This document shows positions 42,720 through 51,907 of a stretch of DNA of 64,000 nucleotides, piece by piece. The stretch's first letter is position 1. Each line of letters starts with the position of its first letter. Both the position numbers and the translations under genes were made by a program. The notes beneath the pieces are model-generated. The model was not told the DNA's origin and made no database searches. It saw nothing but the letters and a program-made list of their open reading frames with translations. Location: assembly GCA_963833705.1 (NCBI GenBank), contig CAWHYQ010000001.1:635656-699655 (forward strand). Direction: 5' to 3'. This DNA is from an uncultured Chloroflexia bacterium. GTDB taxonomy: Bacteria > Chloroflexota > Limnocylindria > Limnocylindrales > CSP1-4.

Positions 42720-44293
42720 CGGTCACGTCCCTCCGGCCGGCTGGTCGTCCTCGACGCGGCGAGCGCCGTCACGATCGACTTGAAGGCGCGCCCACGCGCG
42801 GCGTAGTCCACGAACATGTCGAAGCTCGTTGCCGCGGGGCTGAGCAGGACCGTCGCCGGTCCCCCGCCAGGGCCGGCTTCGTCGAGGGCCGCCCGGGCCA
42901 ATCGATCGGCCTGCCGGACGGCGTCATCGAGATCGGACGCTCGCTCCGTGCGAACCAGGCCCGCGGCGCGGAAGGCGGCCTCGAGGGCCGGGCCACTCTC
43001 GCCGATCAGGACCGCCGCCGCCGCCCGTCGTGCCACGACCTCCGCGAGCGCGTCCATGTCGATGCCCTTGTCGCGACCGCCGGCGATGAGGACGACCGGA
43101 GGCTCGAACGCGTGCAGGGCCGCGACCACGGCGTCCGGTTGGGTGCCCTGCGAGTCGTTGACGAACCGGACGCCGTCGATCAAGGCGACCGGCTCCAGGC
43201 GGTGTTCCACGCCCGGGAACGCAGCCGCCGCGGTCCGGACGGCGTCGGCGCCGATCCCGAACGCGAGCGCCACCGCGGTCGCTGCCAGGGCGTTCGACAC
43301 GTTGTGCGCCCCAGGGATGGCGAGTTCGGCGGTCGGCATGATCCGACCGCCCGGCCCGGTCGCGGCGATCCCGCCCCCGACGAGTGGGAGCCGCTCCACG
43401 CCGTCCGCCACGATCCAGCCATCGACGACGCCGAGGCCGCCCGGGACCGGGCGATCGCGGCGGTAGCGGATCACCCGGGCCCGCGAAGCCTCGCCATACC
43501 CCGACACGACCGGATCGTCGTCATTGAGCACCAGGGCCCCACGCGGGTCGACCAGCTCGGCCAGACGGCGCTTGACCCGTCGATAGCCGTCGAGCGAGCC
43601 GTGTCGGTCGAGATGATCGGCCGTGACGTTGGTGTAGACCGCGACCGTCGTGCCACGTGACAGCGTCGGCAACTGGAGTTCGGACAACTCGTCGACGACG
43701 CGATGGGACTCGGTCAGCTCGGGCAGGCGCTCGACGATCGGCAGGCCGATGTTCCCCCCCAGCACGACCGGATGCGCCGGATCGGTCGCGAGGAGCGCCG
43801 CGGTCAACGACGAGGTCGTGGTCTTGCCCTTCGTGCCGGTGACCCCGATCGTCGGCGCGGGACAGAGCCGCAGGAACAGGTCCGCCTCGGACACCAGGGC
43901 CGGGACGGTCCCGTCGCCACCGGCCCGGGCATCGACGAGCGCCTGCAGGGCCCCGCGCAGGCGCGGCTCCGTGGTCGAGAAATCGGGCGTGATCGACGGC
44001 GAGGTGGCGACCAGGTCCGCCGAATGCCAGGTCCCGGCGGGGTCCACGTCCGGTCCCAGCGCGAGCGTCACTGCTCGCCCGCGGAGGCCCGCGATCGCCT
44101 CGGCCAGGTCGTCGGCCGGGCGTCCGTCATACACGGTCACGCGTGCGCCGGCGTCGGCGAGGAAGCGGGCGAGCGCGAGGCCGCTCCGGGCGAGCCCGAG
44201 GACCGTGATCGGCCGGTCGCGCAGGGCGCCCGACCGGATGCCGTCGAGGGTCAGGCCGTCGAGGTCGATCGGCCCCGTCGTCGTCACCGTCAT
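42716..44293 (-). CDS. murD: UDP-N-acetylmuramoylalanine--D-glutamate ligase
   Basis: The internal ATG at 44293 gives MTVTTTGPIDL. VLGLARSG Rossmann motif, GVTGTKGKTTT P-loop, NDSQGTQPDA. The upstream part of track ORF 42716-44827 belongs to mraY. Confidence 0.85.
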   Translation of the reverse strand: MTVTTTGPIDLDGLTLDGIRSGALRDRPITVLGLARSGLALARFLADAGARVTVYDGRPADDLAEAIAGLRGRAVTLALGPDVDPAGTWHSADLVATSPSITPDFSTTEPRLRGALQALVDARAGGDGTVPALVSEADLFLRLCPAPTIGVTGTKGKTTTSSLTAALLATDPAHPVVLGGNIGLPIVERLPELTESHRVVDELSELQLPTLSRGTTVAVYTNVTADHLDRHGSLDGYRRVKRRLAELVDPRGALVLNDDDPVVSGYGEASRARVIRYRRDRPVPGGLGVVDGWIVADGVERLPLVGGGIAATGPGGRIMPTAELAIPGAHNVSNALAATAVALAFGIGADAVRTAAAAFPGVEHRLEPVALIDGVRFVNDSQGTQPDAVVAALHAFEPPVVLIAGGRDKGIDMDALAEVVARRAAAAVLIGESGPALEAAFRAAGLVRTERASDLDDAVRQADRLARAALDEAGPGGGPATVLLSPAATSFDMFVDYAARGRAFKSIVTALAASRTTSRPEGRDR

Positions 44294-45275
44294 CACCGCA
44301 GCCGGTTCAGCGACGCGAGGAACAACGTCACCCCGAGGAGGGCCGCCAGGATCCCGATGATCCAGAAACGGATGGTGATCTTCTCCTCGTCCCAGCCACC
44401 CAGCTCGAAGTGATGGTGGATCGGGCTCATCCGGAACAGGCGGTTCCCACCGCTGAGCCGGAAGTAGGCGACCTGGAGGATGACCGAGCCGGTCTCGATC
44501 ACGAAGATGATGCCGATGAGCGGCAACACCAGGATCTGGCCGGTGATGAGCGCCGTGACCGCCAGCGTCGCCCCGAGCGACAATGCGCCGGAGTCGCCGA
44601 TGAAGATCTGAGCCGGGTGGACGTTGAACCACAGGAAGCCCGAGGAGGGCTCCGATGATCAGGGCGCACAGCATGGCCAGGTTCGGCTGGGCGAGCGGCG
44701 AGTTCAGCAGGGCGATGAGCATGTAGGCGACGAAGGCGATGACGAGCGTCCCGCCGGACAGGCCGTCGAGACCGTCGGTGATGTTCACGCCGTTCGCCGT
44801 GGCCACGATGGCGAAGGCGGCGAACACGACGTAGAGGCGCGGATCGATGTCGACCGGGCCGACGAATGGGACCGCGATGCTGGTTGATGTCGTACGTCTG
44901 CTGGATCTGCCACGCGGCGACGACCGCCACGACGGTCAGCCAGATCAGCTTCTGGCGGGCGCGGATCCCCTCCCCGGTCCGTGCGTTGAGGTAGTCGTCG
45001 AAAGCGCCCAGCAGGCCGATCCCGGCGATGGCCGCCAGCGGCGCGAACGTCGACGCGTCCACGGGCCGGAGCAGGAAGTAGATCCCGACGACGACGCCCA
45101 CGACGAGCAGCCCGCCCATCGTCGGCGTGCCTTCCTTGATGTAATGACTCTCGGGACCCTCGCGCCGGATGTGCTTGCCGAACCCGACGGCGTGGAGCAA
45201 CCGGATGTACGGCGACATCAGGATGACCACGAGGGCGAAGGCCAGCAGCAGGCCCTGGATGAGTTCGACGGTCAT
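44293..45275 (-). pseudogene. mraY: phospho-N-acetylmuramoyl-pentapeptide transferase MraY; two single-base frame changes
   Basis: Three consecutive pieces lie in three frames. They are ORF 44499-45275 (to ...WQIQQTYDI), ORF 42716-44827 N-terminal part (FAAFAIVATANGVNITDGLDGL...ALLG), and ORF 44293-44583 ([21 protein letters not shown]...HHHFE). Shifts lie near 44884 and 44638. Confidence 0.85.
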
Positions 45276-46742
45276 CGGACCGACGCCCCGCCGAGCTCGC
45301 GCCGGAGGTCCGCCACGAGTCGATCGAGCCCCACCCCCCGCGACCCCTTGACCAGGACGACGTCACCGTCGCGCAGGCGTGGCGGGACCTCGGCCGCCGC
45401 GGCGTCCACGTCGGCGACCTGGACGACTCGCGATCGTTCCATCCCGGCCTCGACGGCGCCCTCGGCGATGCCAGCCGCGCCTCGACCGACGACCACCAGC
45501 CAGTCGACCGACCGCGCCGCGGCCACCCCGACCGCGCGATGGCCGTCGTCGCTGACTTCGCCCAGCTCGAGCATCTCGCCGAGGATCGCGCCGCGGCGTC
45601 CGGGGAGACCCGTCAGCAGGTCGAGCGCGGCGACGACCGAGCGCGGCGATGCGTTGTAGGAGTCGTCCACGAGCGTGATCGCGCCAAGCCGGACGAGCTG
45701 GACCCGGTGCGGTGCGGACCATCCGGCAGCCAGACCGACGGCGATCTCCTCGAACGACATGCCGGCGGCGCGACCGACGGCCGCAGCGGCGAGCGCGTTG
45801 TGAACGGACAAGCGCCCGAGGGTCGGGATGGTCATCGGCCGACGCGCCCCTTCGGCCCGCAGCACGAACCTCATCCCGCCGAGCCCCGCCGACTCGACCG
45901 ACTCGGCGCCGACGTCGGCGTCATCGGCGAACCCGTAGGTCACGCTCCGCGCCGCCGACCGCGAGCCCATCCGACGGACGATCGGGTCGTCGGCGTTGAG
46001 GATCGCCGTGCCGTCCGGCGGGAGCGCCTCGAGGAGTTCACCCTTGGCCGCCTCGATCGCCTCGATCGACCCGATCCGCGCCAGGTGGACGGGCTGGACC
46101 GCGGTCACGACCCCGATACGCGGTCGTGCGATCCGGGCCAGGTCGGCGATCTCACCGCCGACGTACATCCCCATCTCGAGCACGACCGCCTCGTGCTCGG
46201 GGCCGAGGCGCAGGACGGTCAGCGGCAGGCCGACCTCGTTGTTCTGGTTGCCCTCGGTCCGCAAGCGTCCGAAGGCGGCCGGCGAGGACGGCCGCGACCG
46301 CCTCCTTGGTCGACGTCTTGGCGATGCTCCCGGTGATCCCGACGACGAGCGGATCGAACCGTCGCCGCCAACCGGCGGCAAGCGCCCCGAGGGCGGCCAA
46401 CGCATCGGCGACCCGGACGACCGTCGCGTCGCCGAGCGCGGCTGGATCGTCGATCGGCCGGGTCACGATCACGGCCGCGGCGCCACGCGCGATCGCATCG
46501 GTCACGAAGGCATGTCCGTCGGTCCGCTCGCCCGGCAGGGCCACGAAGACCTCGCCCGGTGCCACCAGCCGCGAGTCGACGGCGCCGCCACGGATGGGCC
46601 GCTCGGACCGGGCAAGGAGACGCCCCCCGGTCAGCCGGACGAGGTCGTCCGCGGTCATCGCCGGTGCCGGCGGACGCCCTGGGGCCGCGTTCGACGGATC
46701 GACGTCGGTCACGGTGGCGGAGCTCCCATCGCCTGCCGTCAC
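45272..46742 (-). pseudogene. murF: UDP-N-acetylmuramoyl-tripeptide--D-alanyl-D-alanine ligase MurF; one single-base frame change
   Basis: The N-terminus is in ORF 46152-46742 (DSRLVAPGEVFVALPGERTDGHAFV, GITGSIAKTSTKE). The remainder is in ORF 45272-46405 (NQNNEVGLPLTVL...). The shift is near 46275. The GTG start overlaps the ftsI stop. Confidence 0.85.
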
Positions 46743-48571
46743 CGGCCCGCGGAGATGGCGGGCGTCGTCGGTCGCTCGGTCAACAGATCGGGCGTCGTGA
46801 TCGCATCGGTGGCGATTCGCCGGAAGAGTTGGAAGGACATCACGGGCATCTCCAATCGGCCGACCCTGACGATCGTGGGCTTGGCTTCTTCGATCCGGAT
46901 GGCCACGACGAGGTCGGGGACGCCGGTCTGCCTGCCGATGTATCCGACGAACGAGTAGTTGAACAAGTTGTCCTTCCAGGCGCCCCGACCGTGGTTCGCC
47001 TTCGGGTCCCAGATCTGCGCCGTGCCCGTCTTGCCACCGACGTCGTACCCGGGGACGAGCGTCCGGTCCCGGTAGAACGGGACCTCGGTGATGACGTGCT
47101 GCATCATCTTGATGAGGGTCTTGGACAGCGACCTCGCGATCACCGGTCCGCGCGATGCGATCGTCACGTCACGGTCCCCGACGGCCTTGACGACATGCGG
47201 CTGGATCATCGTGCCGCCGTTGACCAGGGCCGCATACGCGGTCGCGAGCTGGATCGGCGTGACCGCCACGCCCTGCCCGAAGGCACCGTTGGCGAGGTCG
47301 ATCTCTCGCCAGGGGCTGAGCCCCGGATCGCGTACGATCCCGCCGACCTCGCCGGCGACGTCGATCCCGGTCGGCTGGCCGTACCCGAGCCGGAGCCACA
47401 TGTCGTAGAGCGTCGCGGCGGACGCGCGGGTCGACTTGCCGAGTTCGAGGGCGACCTTGGCCGCGACGACGTTGCGGGAGTAGGCCACGCCATCCTCGAA
47501 GCTGAGCCAGCCCATCCCCCTGCGGTCGGCGTCGTCGATCTTGGTCCGGCCACCGTCGAGTCGGAGCGTGCCGACGTCCTTGATCCGGGTCGATGGCGTG
47601 ACCGTGCCGTTCTCGATGGCGGCGGCCGCGGTCATCATCTTGAACACCGAGCCGGGCTCGTAGACGGTGGAGACGGTCGGGTCGATGAAGCGGGACGGAT
47701 CGTCGGCGGCGATCGCCTTGTAGTCGTTGGCGTCGTACGAGGGATAGGTGGCCATCGCGTAGACCTCGCCGGTGTACGGGTCGAGGACGACGGCCGATGC
47801 GCGCTTGGCCTTGTCGGCGACCCACGCGGCGAGCAATTCCTGTTCCACGCGCAATTGCAGGCCTGCGTCGATCGTCAGGCGGATGTCCGACCCCGGCGTT
47901 CCCGGCTGGGTGACGGCGGCGTCATCGAGGATCGGCCCGCCGCTCGAGTCGCGCTGGGCGACCACGACGCGGGGCACACCTGCGAGGGTGCTCTGGTACT
48001 CCTGCTCGACGCCGTACTGGCCGCCGCCGTCGCGATTGACGAAGCCGAGCAGGTGCGCCGCGAGCGTCGAGCCGGGGCCACCCCCGCCCTGCGGATACAC
48101 GCGGGCGGGCTCCGGTTCGAGCGAGAGCGTGAAGACCTGCTTCGCGTCCATGGCGGCACGGATCTTGTCCGCGACCTCGCGCTCCAGGCCGTGGCGGATG
48201 ATGACGTACTTGGAGGATCCGGTGAGCTTGTCCCGGAGCGCCATCTGGTCCGCGTCGTCGAGTCCCAGGATGATCGCGAGCTGGTCGACCGTGGCTCGGC
48301 GCTGCTCGGCGGTCAGGAGGTCGGGCGCGGCGACGAGGCGCTCACGCTGGACGGTCGTGGCCAGGACGATCGTGCCGCTCCGATCGAAGATGTCGCCACG
48401 CTTGCTCTGCGTCTCGATCTGGACGGTGGTCTGGGCCAGCGCCTCGGCCGCCAACCGGGTTCGATCCACCACCTGCCAGTAGCCCAGCCTCGCGACGAGC
48501 GCCAGCGATCCGACGACGAAGACGACCAGCAGCACGAGGTGGCGCGTGCGCGAATCGGTTCGTCCAAGCAT
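46739..48571 (-). CDS. ftsI: class B penicillin-binding protein (FtsI-like transpeptidase)
   Basis: 610 aa with an N-terminal TM anchor. Transpeptidase motifs are YEPGSVFK (SxxK), YSRN (SxN) and GKTGTA (KTG). Confidence 0.9.
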   Translation of the reverse strand: MLGRTDSRTRHLVLLVVFVVGSLALVARLGYWQVVDRTRLAAEALAQTTVQIETQSKRGDIFDRSGTIVLATTVQRERLVAAPDLLTAEQRRATVDQLAIILGLDDADQMALRDKLTGSSKYVIIRHGLEREVADKIRAAMDAKQVFTLSLEPEPARVYPQGGGGPGSTLAAHLLGFVNRDGGGQYGVEQEYQSTLAGVPRVVVAQRDSSGGPILDDAAVTQPGTPGSDIRLTIDAGLQLRVEQELLAAWVADKAKRASAVVLDPYTGEVYAMATYPSYDANDYKAIAADDPSRFIDPTVSTVYEPGSVFKMMTAAAAIENGTVTPSTRIKDVGTLRLDGGRTKIDDADRRGMGWLSFEDGVAYSRNVVAAKVALELGKSTRASAATLYDMWLRLGYGQPTGIDVAGEVGGIVRDPGLSPWREIDLANGAFGQGVAVTPIQLATAYAALVNGGTMIQPHVVKAVGDRDVTIASRGPVIARSLSKTLIKMMQHVITEVPFYRDRTLVPGYDVGGKTGTAQIWDPKANHGRGAWKDNLFNYSFVGYIGRQTGVPDLVVAIRIEEAKPTIVRVGRLEMPVMSFQLFRRIATDAITTPDLLTERPTTPAISAGR

Positions 48572-48586
48572 GGGTCGGTCGATCGC

Positions 48587-48967
48587 CTAGCGGGCGGGCA
48601 GGACGAGCGGCTTCGGCAGCTGCCCGAGGCCGGCGTCGATCGCCTGCTTGCGGATGGCCGGTTCGCCGCCCAGACGGTTCAGGTCGGAGCGGACGTCCCC
48701 GTCGACATCGTCGAGACGCTGGCGCTCCAGCTCGAGTCGACCGATGTCCATGCCGGTCGCCGACACGCGGACCTGCTGCGCCAACGAGAAGAACGCGAGC
48801 ATGAACGTCACGACGATGGCGCCGAGGACCAGTCCGAGTCGGTTGGTCCGCCGACCGGCCCGGAAGGCGCCACGCACGCGTCGCCGTCCCAGCGTCGGAC
48901 CCTCGGCGATCCGAGGCCCACGCGGGAGCGCGATGGTGCGTGGGCGGGCGCCCTCGTAGACGGCCAT
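48587..48967 (-). CDS. ftsL: FtsL-like septum formation protein (single TM plus coiled-coil)
   Basis: 126 aa with a basic N-terminus, TM segment LGLVLGAIVVTFMLAFFSL and a heptad-like region. The call is based on the canonical position between rsmH and ftsI, since sequence families here are weakly conserved. Confidence 0.6.
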   Translation of the reverse strand: MAVYEGARPRTIALPRGPRIAEGPTLGRRRVRGAFRAGRRTNRLGLVLGAIVVTFMLAFFSLAQQVRVSATGMDIGRLELERQRLDDVDGDVRSDLNRLGGEPAIRKQAIDAGLGQLPKPLVLPAR

Positions 48968-48970
48968 CCG

Positions 48971-49168
48971 TCAGTCGCCCAGCGCGAAGCGCGTGCGCGG
49001 CATGCGCGGGTCGAGGAACCCCAACGGATCCGCCTGGCCGGCCGGCCCCCAGTCGGCCAGCTCGAACTCGAACCCTTCCGAGTGCTGGCCGCGGTCCTGC
49101 CGCTCGCGCACCTCGTGCTGGCGGCGCCCATAGGTCTTGCGGCGACTCGCTTGATGACGTTTGCTCAT
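48971..49168 (-). CDS. small hypothetical protein (65 aa) inside the dcw operon
   Basis: MSKRHQASRRKTYGRRQHEVRERQDRGQHSEGFEFELADWGPAGQADPLGFLDPRMPRTRFALGD. A strong GGAGAGGAGGAG lies 6 nt upstream. The stop is 3 nt before the ftsL ATG. The composition is unlike the Arg/Pro-rich shadow ORFs. Confidence 0.5.
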   Translation of the reverse strand: MSKRHQASRRKTYGRRQHEVRERQDRGQHSEGFEFELADWGPAGQADPLGFLDPRMPRTRFALGD

Positions 49169-49195
49169 CGGGGGCTCCTCCTCTCCGGACCGGGA

Positions 49196-50143
49196 CTAGG
49201 CGGCGAGACGCTCGGCGGCCCGCAGGCGGGCGCTCCGAGCTCGGGGGTTGGCGGCGACCTCGGCGGCCGTCGGCGTCAGCGACGGCCGGGTCACGAGGCG
49301 GAGACGGGGGTTCCGGCCACAGACGCAGACCGGGACCTCGGGCGGGCAGACGCAACCGCGCCGCTCCGCCTGCAGGAACCGCTTGACGATGCGGTCCTCG
49401 AGGGAGTGGTAGCTGAGGACGACGAGTCGGCCGCCCGGGCGGAGCAGGTCGAGCGCCGCGGCGAGACCGGCGGCGAGCGCGTCGAGCTCCTCGTTGACGG
49501 CGATCCGGAGCGCCTGGAACACGCGCGTGGCCGGGTGCGTCCGGCGGCGCAGGCGCGGGTTCGGTGGCGCGACTCGCTCGACCAGCGCTGCCAGTTCCTC
49601 GGCCGTCGAGATCGGGGCGACGCGTCGGGCGTCGACGATGGCGCGGGCGATCCGCGGCGCCTTCGGCTCCTCGCCGTAGCGGCGGAAGAGGGCGGTCAGC
49701 TCGGCCGCATCGAGCGATGCCAGCAGGTCCGAGGCCGGTACGCCCCGACCCGTGTCGAAGCGCATGTCGAGCGGCCCGCCGGCGCGGAACCCGAACCCGC
49801 GGTCGCGATCGGCCAGCTGGTAGCTCGACAGCCCCAGGTCGAACAGGCAACCGTCCACGCGCCCGAAGCCGGCTTCGGGCGCAACGGTCGCGAGCTCGCG
49901 GAAGTTCGCTCGTCGCAGGACGAGGCGGTCGCCGAATCGCGGCCCCAACCGGGCGTCGACTCTGGCGACGGCCGCCCCATCGGCGTCGAGACCGAGGAGG
50001 CGGCCATCAGGATTGGTCGCCTCCAGGATCCGCTCGGTGTGCCCACCGCCGCCCAGGGTGGCATCGATGTGAAGGCTGCCGGGGGCAGCGGCGAGCATCT
50101 CGAGGACCTCCTCCACCAGCACCGGCAGGTGCCCTTCGTACAT
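49196..50143 (-). CDS. rsmH: 16S rRNA (cytosine1402-N4)-methyltransferase
   Basis: The ATG at 50143 (GGAGGAGAG upstream) gives MYEGHLPVLVEEVLEML...HIDATLGGGGHTE. 315 aa. The longer track ORF overlaps mraZ and is not credible. Confidence 0.9.
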   Translation of the reverse strand: MYEGHLPVLVEEVLEMLAAAPGSLHIDATLGGGGHTERILEATNPDGRLLGLDADGAAVARVDARLGPRFGDRLVLRRANFRELATVAPEAGFGRVDGCLFDLGLSSYQLADRDRGFGFRAGGPLDMRFDTGRGVPASDLLASLDAAELTALFRRYGEEPKAPRIARAIVDARRVAPISTAEELAALVERVAPPNPRLRRRTHPATRVFQALRIAVNEELDALAAGLAAALDLLRPGGRLVVLSYHSLEDRIVKRFLQAERRGCVCPPEVPVCVCGRNPRLRLVTRPSLTPTAAEVAANPRARSARLRAAERLAA

Positions 50144-50204
50144 CTCTCCTCCATCCCGAACGAATCGGATCCCGAGCGGATCCTGGAAGCGCATGTGGTG
50201 GGAG

Positions 50205-50633
50205 CTAGATCCCGAGGCCCTCGAAGGCCTTGGCCAGCTCCTGCGGGTCGTCGAGCGCGCGCCGGTAGCCATCCCAGCGATCGGGCGCCCAGATCTCCGC
50301 GTGATCGCGCGACCCGACCACGACGGCATCGCCGCCGAGCCCGATCGACTCGCGCAGGTAGGCCGGCAAGAGCAGCCGGCCCTGTTTGTCCAATTCCGCC
50401 TCGACGGCGTGCGAGAACACGAAGCGCTGGAACAGGCGCGACTTCTGATCGGTGATCGGCAGGGCCGCGACCTTCGACGACAGGTCGTCCCAGACGGCCT
50501 TCGGATGGATCGCGAGGCAGTCGTCGAGCCAGCCCGAGACCATCGAGCCGGTGTCGAGCTGCGCGCGGAACTTGACAGGGACGGCGATGCGTCCCTTGTC
50601 GTCCACCGTGTGCCGGTACTCGCCGGTGAACAC
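50205..50633 (-). CDS. mraZ: transcriptional regulator MraZ
   Basis: The GTG at 50633 gives (M)FTGEYRHTVDDKGRIAVP, the canonical MraZ N-terminus. The second half repeats DKQGRLLLP. 142 aa. Confidence 0.9.
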   Translation of the reverse strand: MFTGEYRHTVDDKGRIAVPVKFRAQLDTGSMVSGWLDDCLAIHPKAVWDDLSSKVAALPITDQKSRLFQRFVFSHAVEAELDKQGRLLLPAYLRESIGLGGDAVVVGSRDHAEIWAPDRWDGYRRALDDPQELAKAFEGLGI

Positions 50634-50682
50634 CTGTTGGGCAACCCCTGCGTCGTGTGCCGCGCCGGGTGAGTCGGCTTCC

Positions 50683-50708
50683 CCACTTCTCACCACTTTG
50701 CGCCACTT
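50683..50708 (-). promoter_or_regulatory. three direct repeats rAAGTGG with exact 10-nt spacing; candidate MraZ operator
   Basis: The minus strand reads cGAAGTGGcg cAAAGTGGtg aGAAGTGGgg. The repeats lie immediately downstream of the predicted -10 and about 50 nt upstream of the mraZ start. Confidence 0.55.
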
Positions 50709-50714
50709 CGCTGC

Positions 50715-50742
50715 ATTCTAGCGCGCGATCCGGCCACGTCAA
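50715..50742 (-). promoter_or_regulatory. candidate dcw promoter: TTGACG - 16 nt - TAGAAT
   Basis: Read on the minus strand (plus CGTCAA 50737-50742, ATTCTA 50715-50720). This is the best sigma-70-like match I saw in the window. Confidence 0.55.
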
Positions 50743-50850
50743 CATCGAATCCGTGCGGCGACGGGGGTACGAACGGGTTGCGGAGCCGCGGCGAAGGGAC
50801 CAGGGCCCGCGGGGCGGCGCGCGGTCGGCGACGGGCCCTGCGGTCTGGGG

Positions 50851-51761
50851 CTAGCGGGTCGGCGGGGGAAGCCTGAGCTGCTGACCGGTCTTCAGACCCG
50901 TCGTCCTGGTCCACGGGTTGAGTCGCTCGACCGTGGCCAGTGGGACGCCGAAGTAGTGGGCGATGCTGAAGAGGTTGTCGCCCGACCGGATGGTGTAGAT
51001 CCAGCAGCCCGATGTGCCAGGGCACGCCTTCAGGAGCGCGTACCGGTCGGACGAAGGTTTCGGCGTGGGGGGCACGACGGAGGCCGACGGCTCGGGCGGG
51101 CTCGCGCCGGCGGACGCGGCAGGGAGCGGAGTGGCGGACTTCGCGGGTTCGGACGCCGGGGGAGCCACGACGATCGGGCCCGACCCGGTCGGCCGGGCCT
51201 GGTCGGGCTCGGGCTCGGGCCGGCGCCGATGGCCGGACTCGAGGCGCTTGGGCTGGGCACGGCGGCGGCGATCTCGAGACCGCCGTTGGTCACGACGAAC
51301 GCGACCGACAGCATGAACGCGGCCGCGAACACCAGCAGGGCCGCGGCGGTGGCGGGCGTAAGGGCCCGGGTCGTCGCATCGCCGACCGGTGCCGGATCCG
51401 GGGCCGCAAGCCGCGAGGCGACGATCGAGCTCGGGGCGAGGGTCGGAACCGGCGCAGCGCGCAGATAACGAGGGCAGTTGACGTGTGCGCTCGTCAGGCA
51501 GACGAGTTCCTGCTGGCGCTTCGACTGCGGGACGGGCCCCCTCTGGGCCGCGCAGCGATTGGCCGGGTCCGGCGTCCCGAGTGGATCCGCGAGGGCATCG
51601 TCCGGACCGATCGACCGCAGGAACGGACAGATCCACGGGCCCCGGGCCGCCTCGCTCCCGACCGCGGGACCGTCCGCGAGCCCGCCGACGGGCGGATCGG
51701 TCGTGTCGTCGCCGTCGACCGGAGGGGTCGTCGGCGGGTCGGCAGCGGGGTCGTCTTGCAC
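50851..51761 (-). pseudogene. membrane-anchored LysM domain protein with a Cys-containing N-terminal domain; frame change in the Pro/Ser linker
   Basis: The N-terminal part is in ORF 51030-51761 (WICPFLRS...NRCAA...LVCLTSAHVNCPRYL, TM LLVFAAAFMLSVAFVV). The C-terminal LysM (YTIRSGDNLFSIAHYFGVPLATVERLNPW...LKTGQQLRLP) is in ORF 50851-51636. The junction is near 51195-51230, and the shift sense fits a 1-nt deletion or two insertions. Confidence 0.7.
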
Positions 51762-51907
51762 GCGCGCTCTCTCTGGCCGTGGGTGGAACGGCGCGGAGTC
51801 TAGTACCTTTCGGAGGTTGCCGTGGCCGCGGGGGCAGTGCTAGGCTCCGGCGCCTGAGTCGAGCGGATCACCCGATCGACGCGCAGATCGAGGCACCTGA
51901 ACGAGAC

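Noticed and set aside
46559-50455. 1298-aa plus-strand ORF, the longest ORF in the window.
   Set aside because: It is antisense to ftsI, ftsL, rsmH and mraZ. Its composition is Arg/Gly/Asp/Pro-rich with no recognisable domains. This is a typical stop-codon-poor shadow frame of a 70% GC genome.
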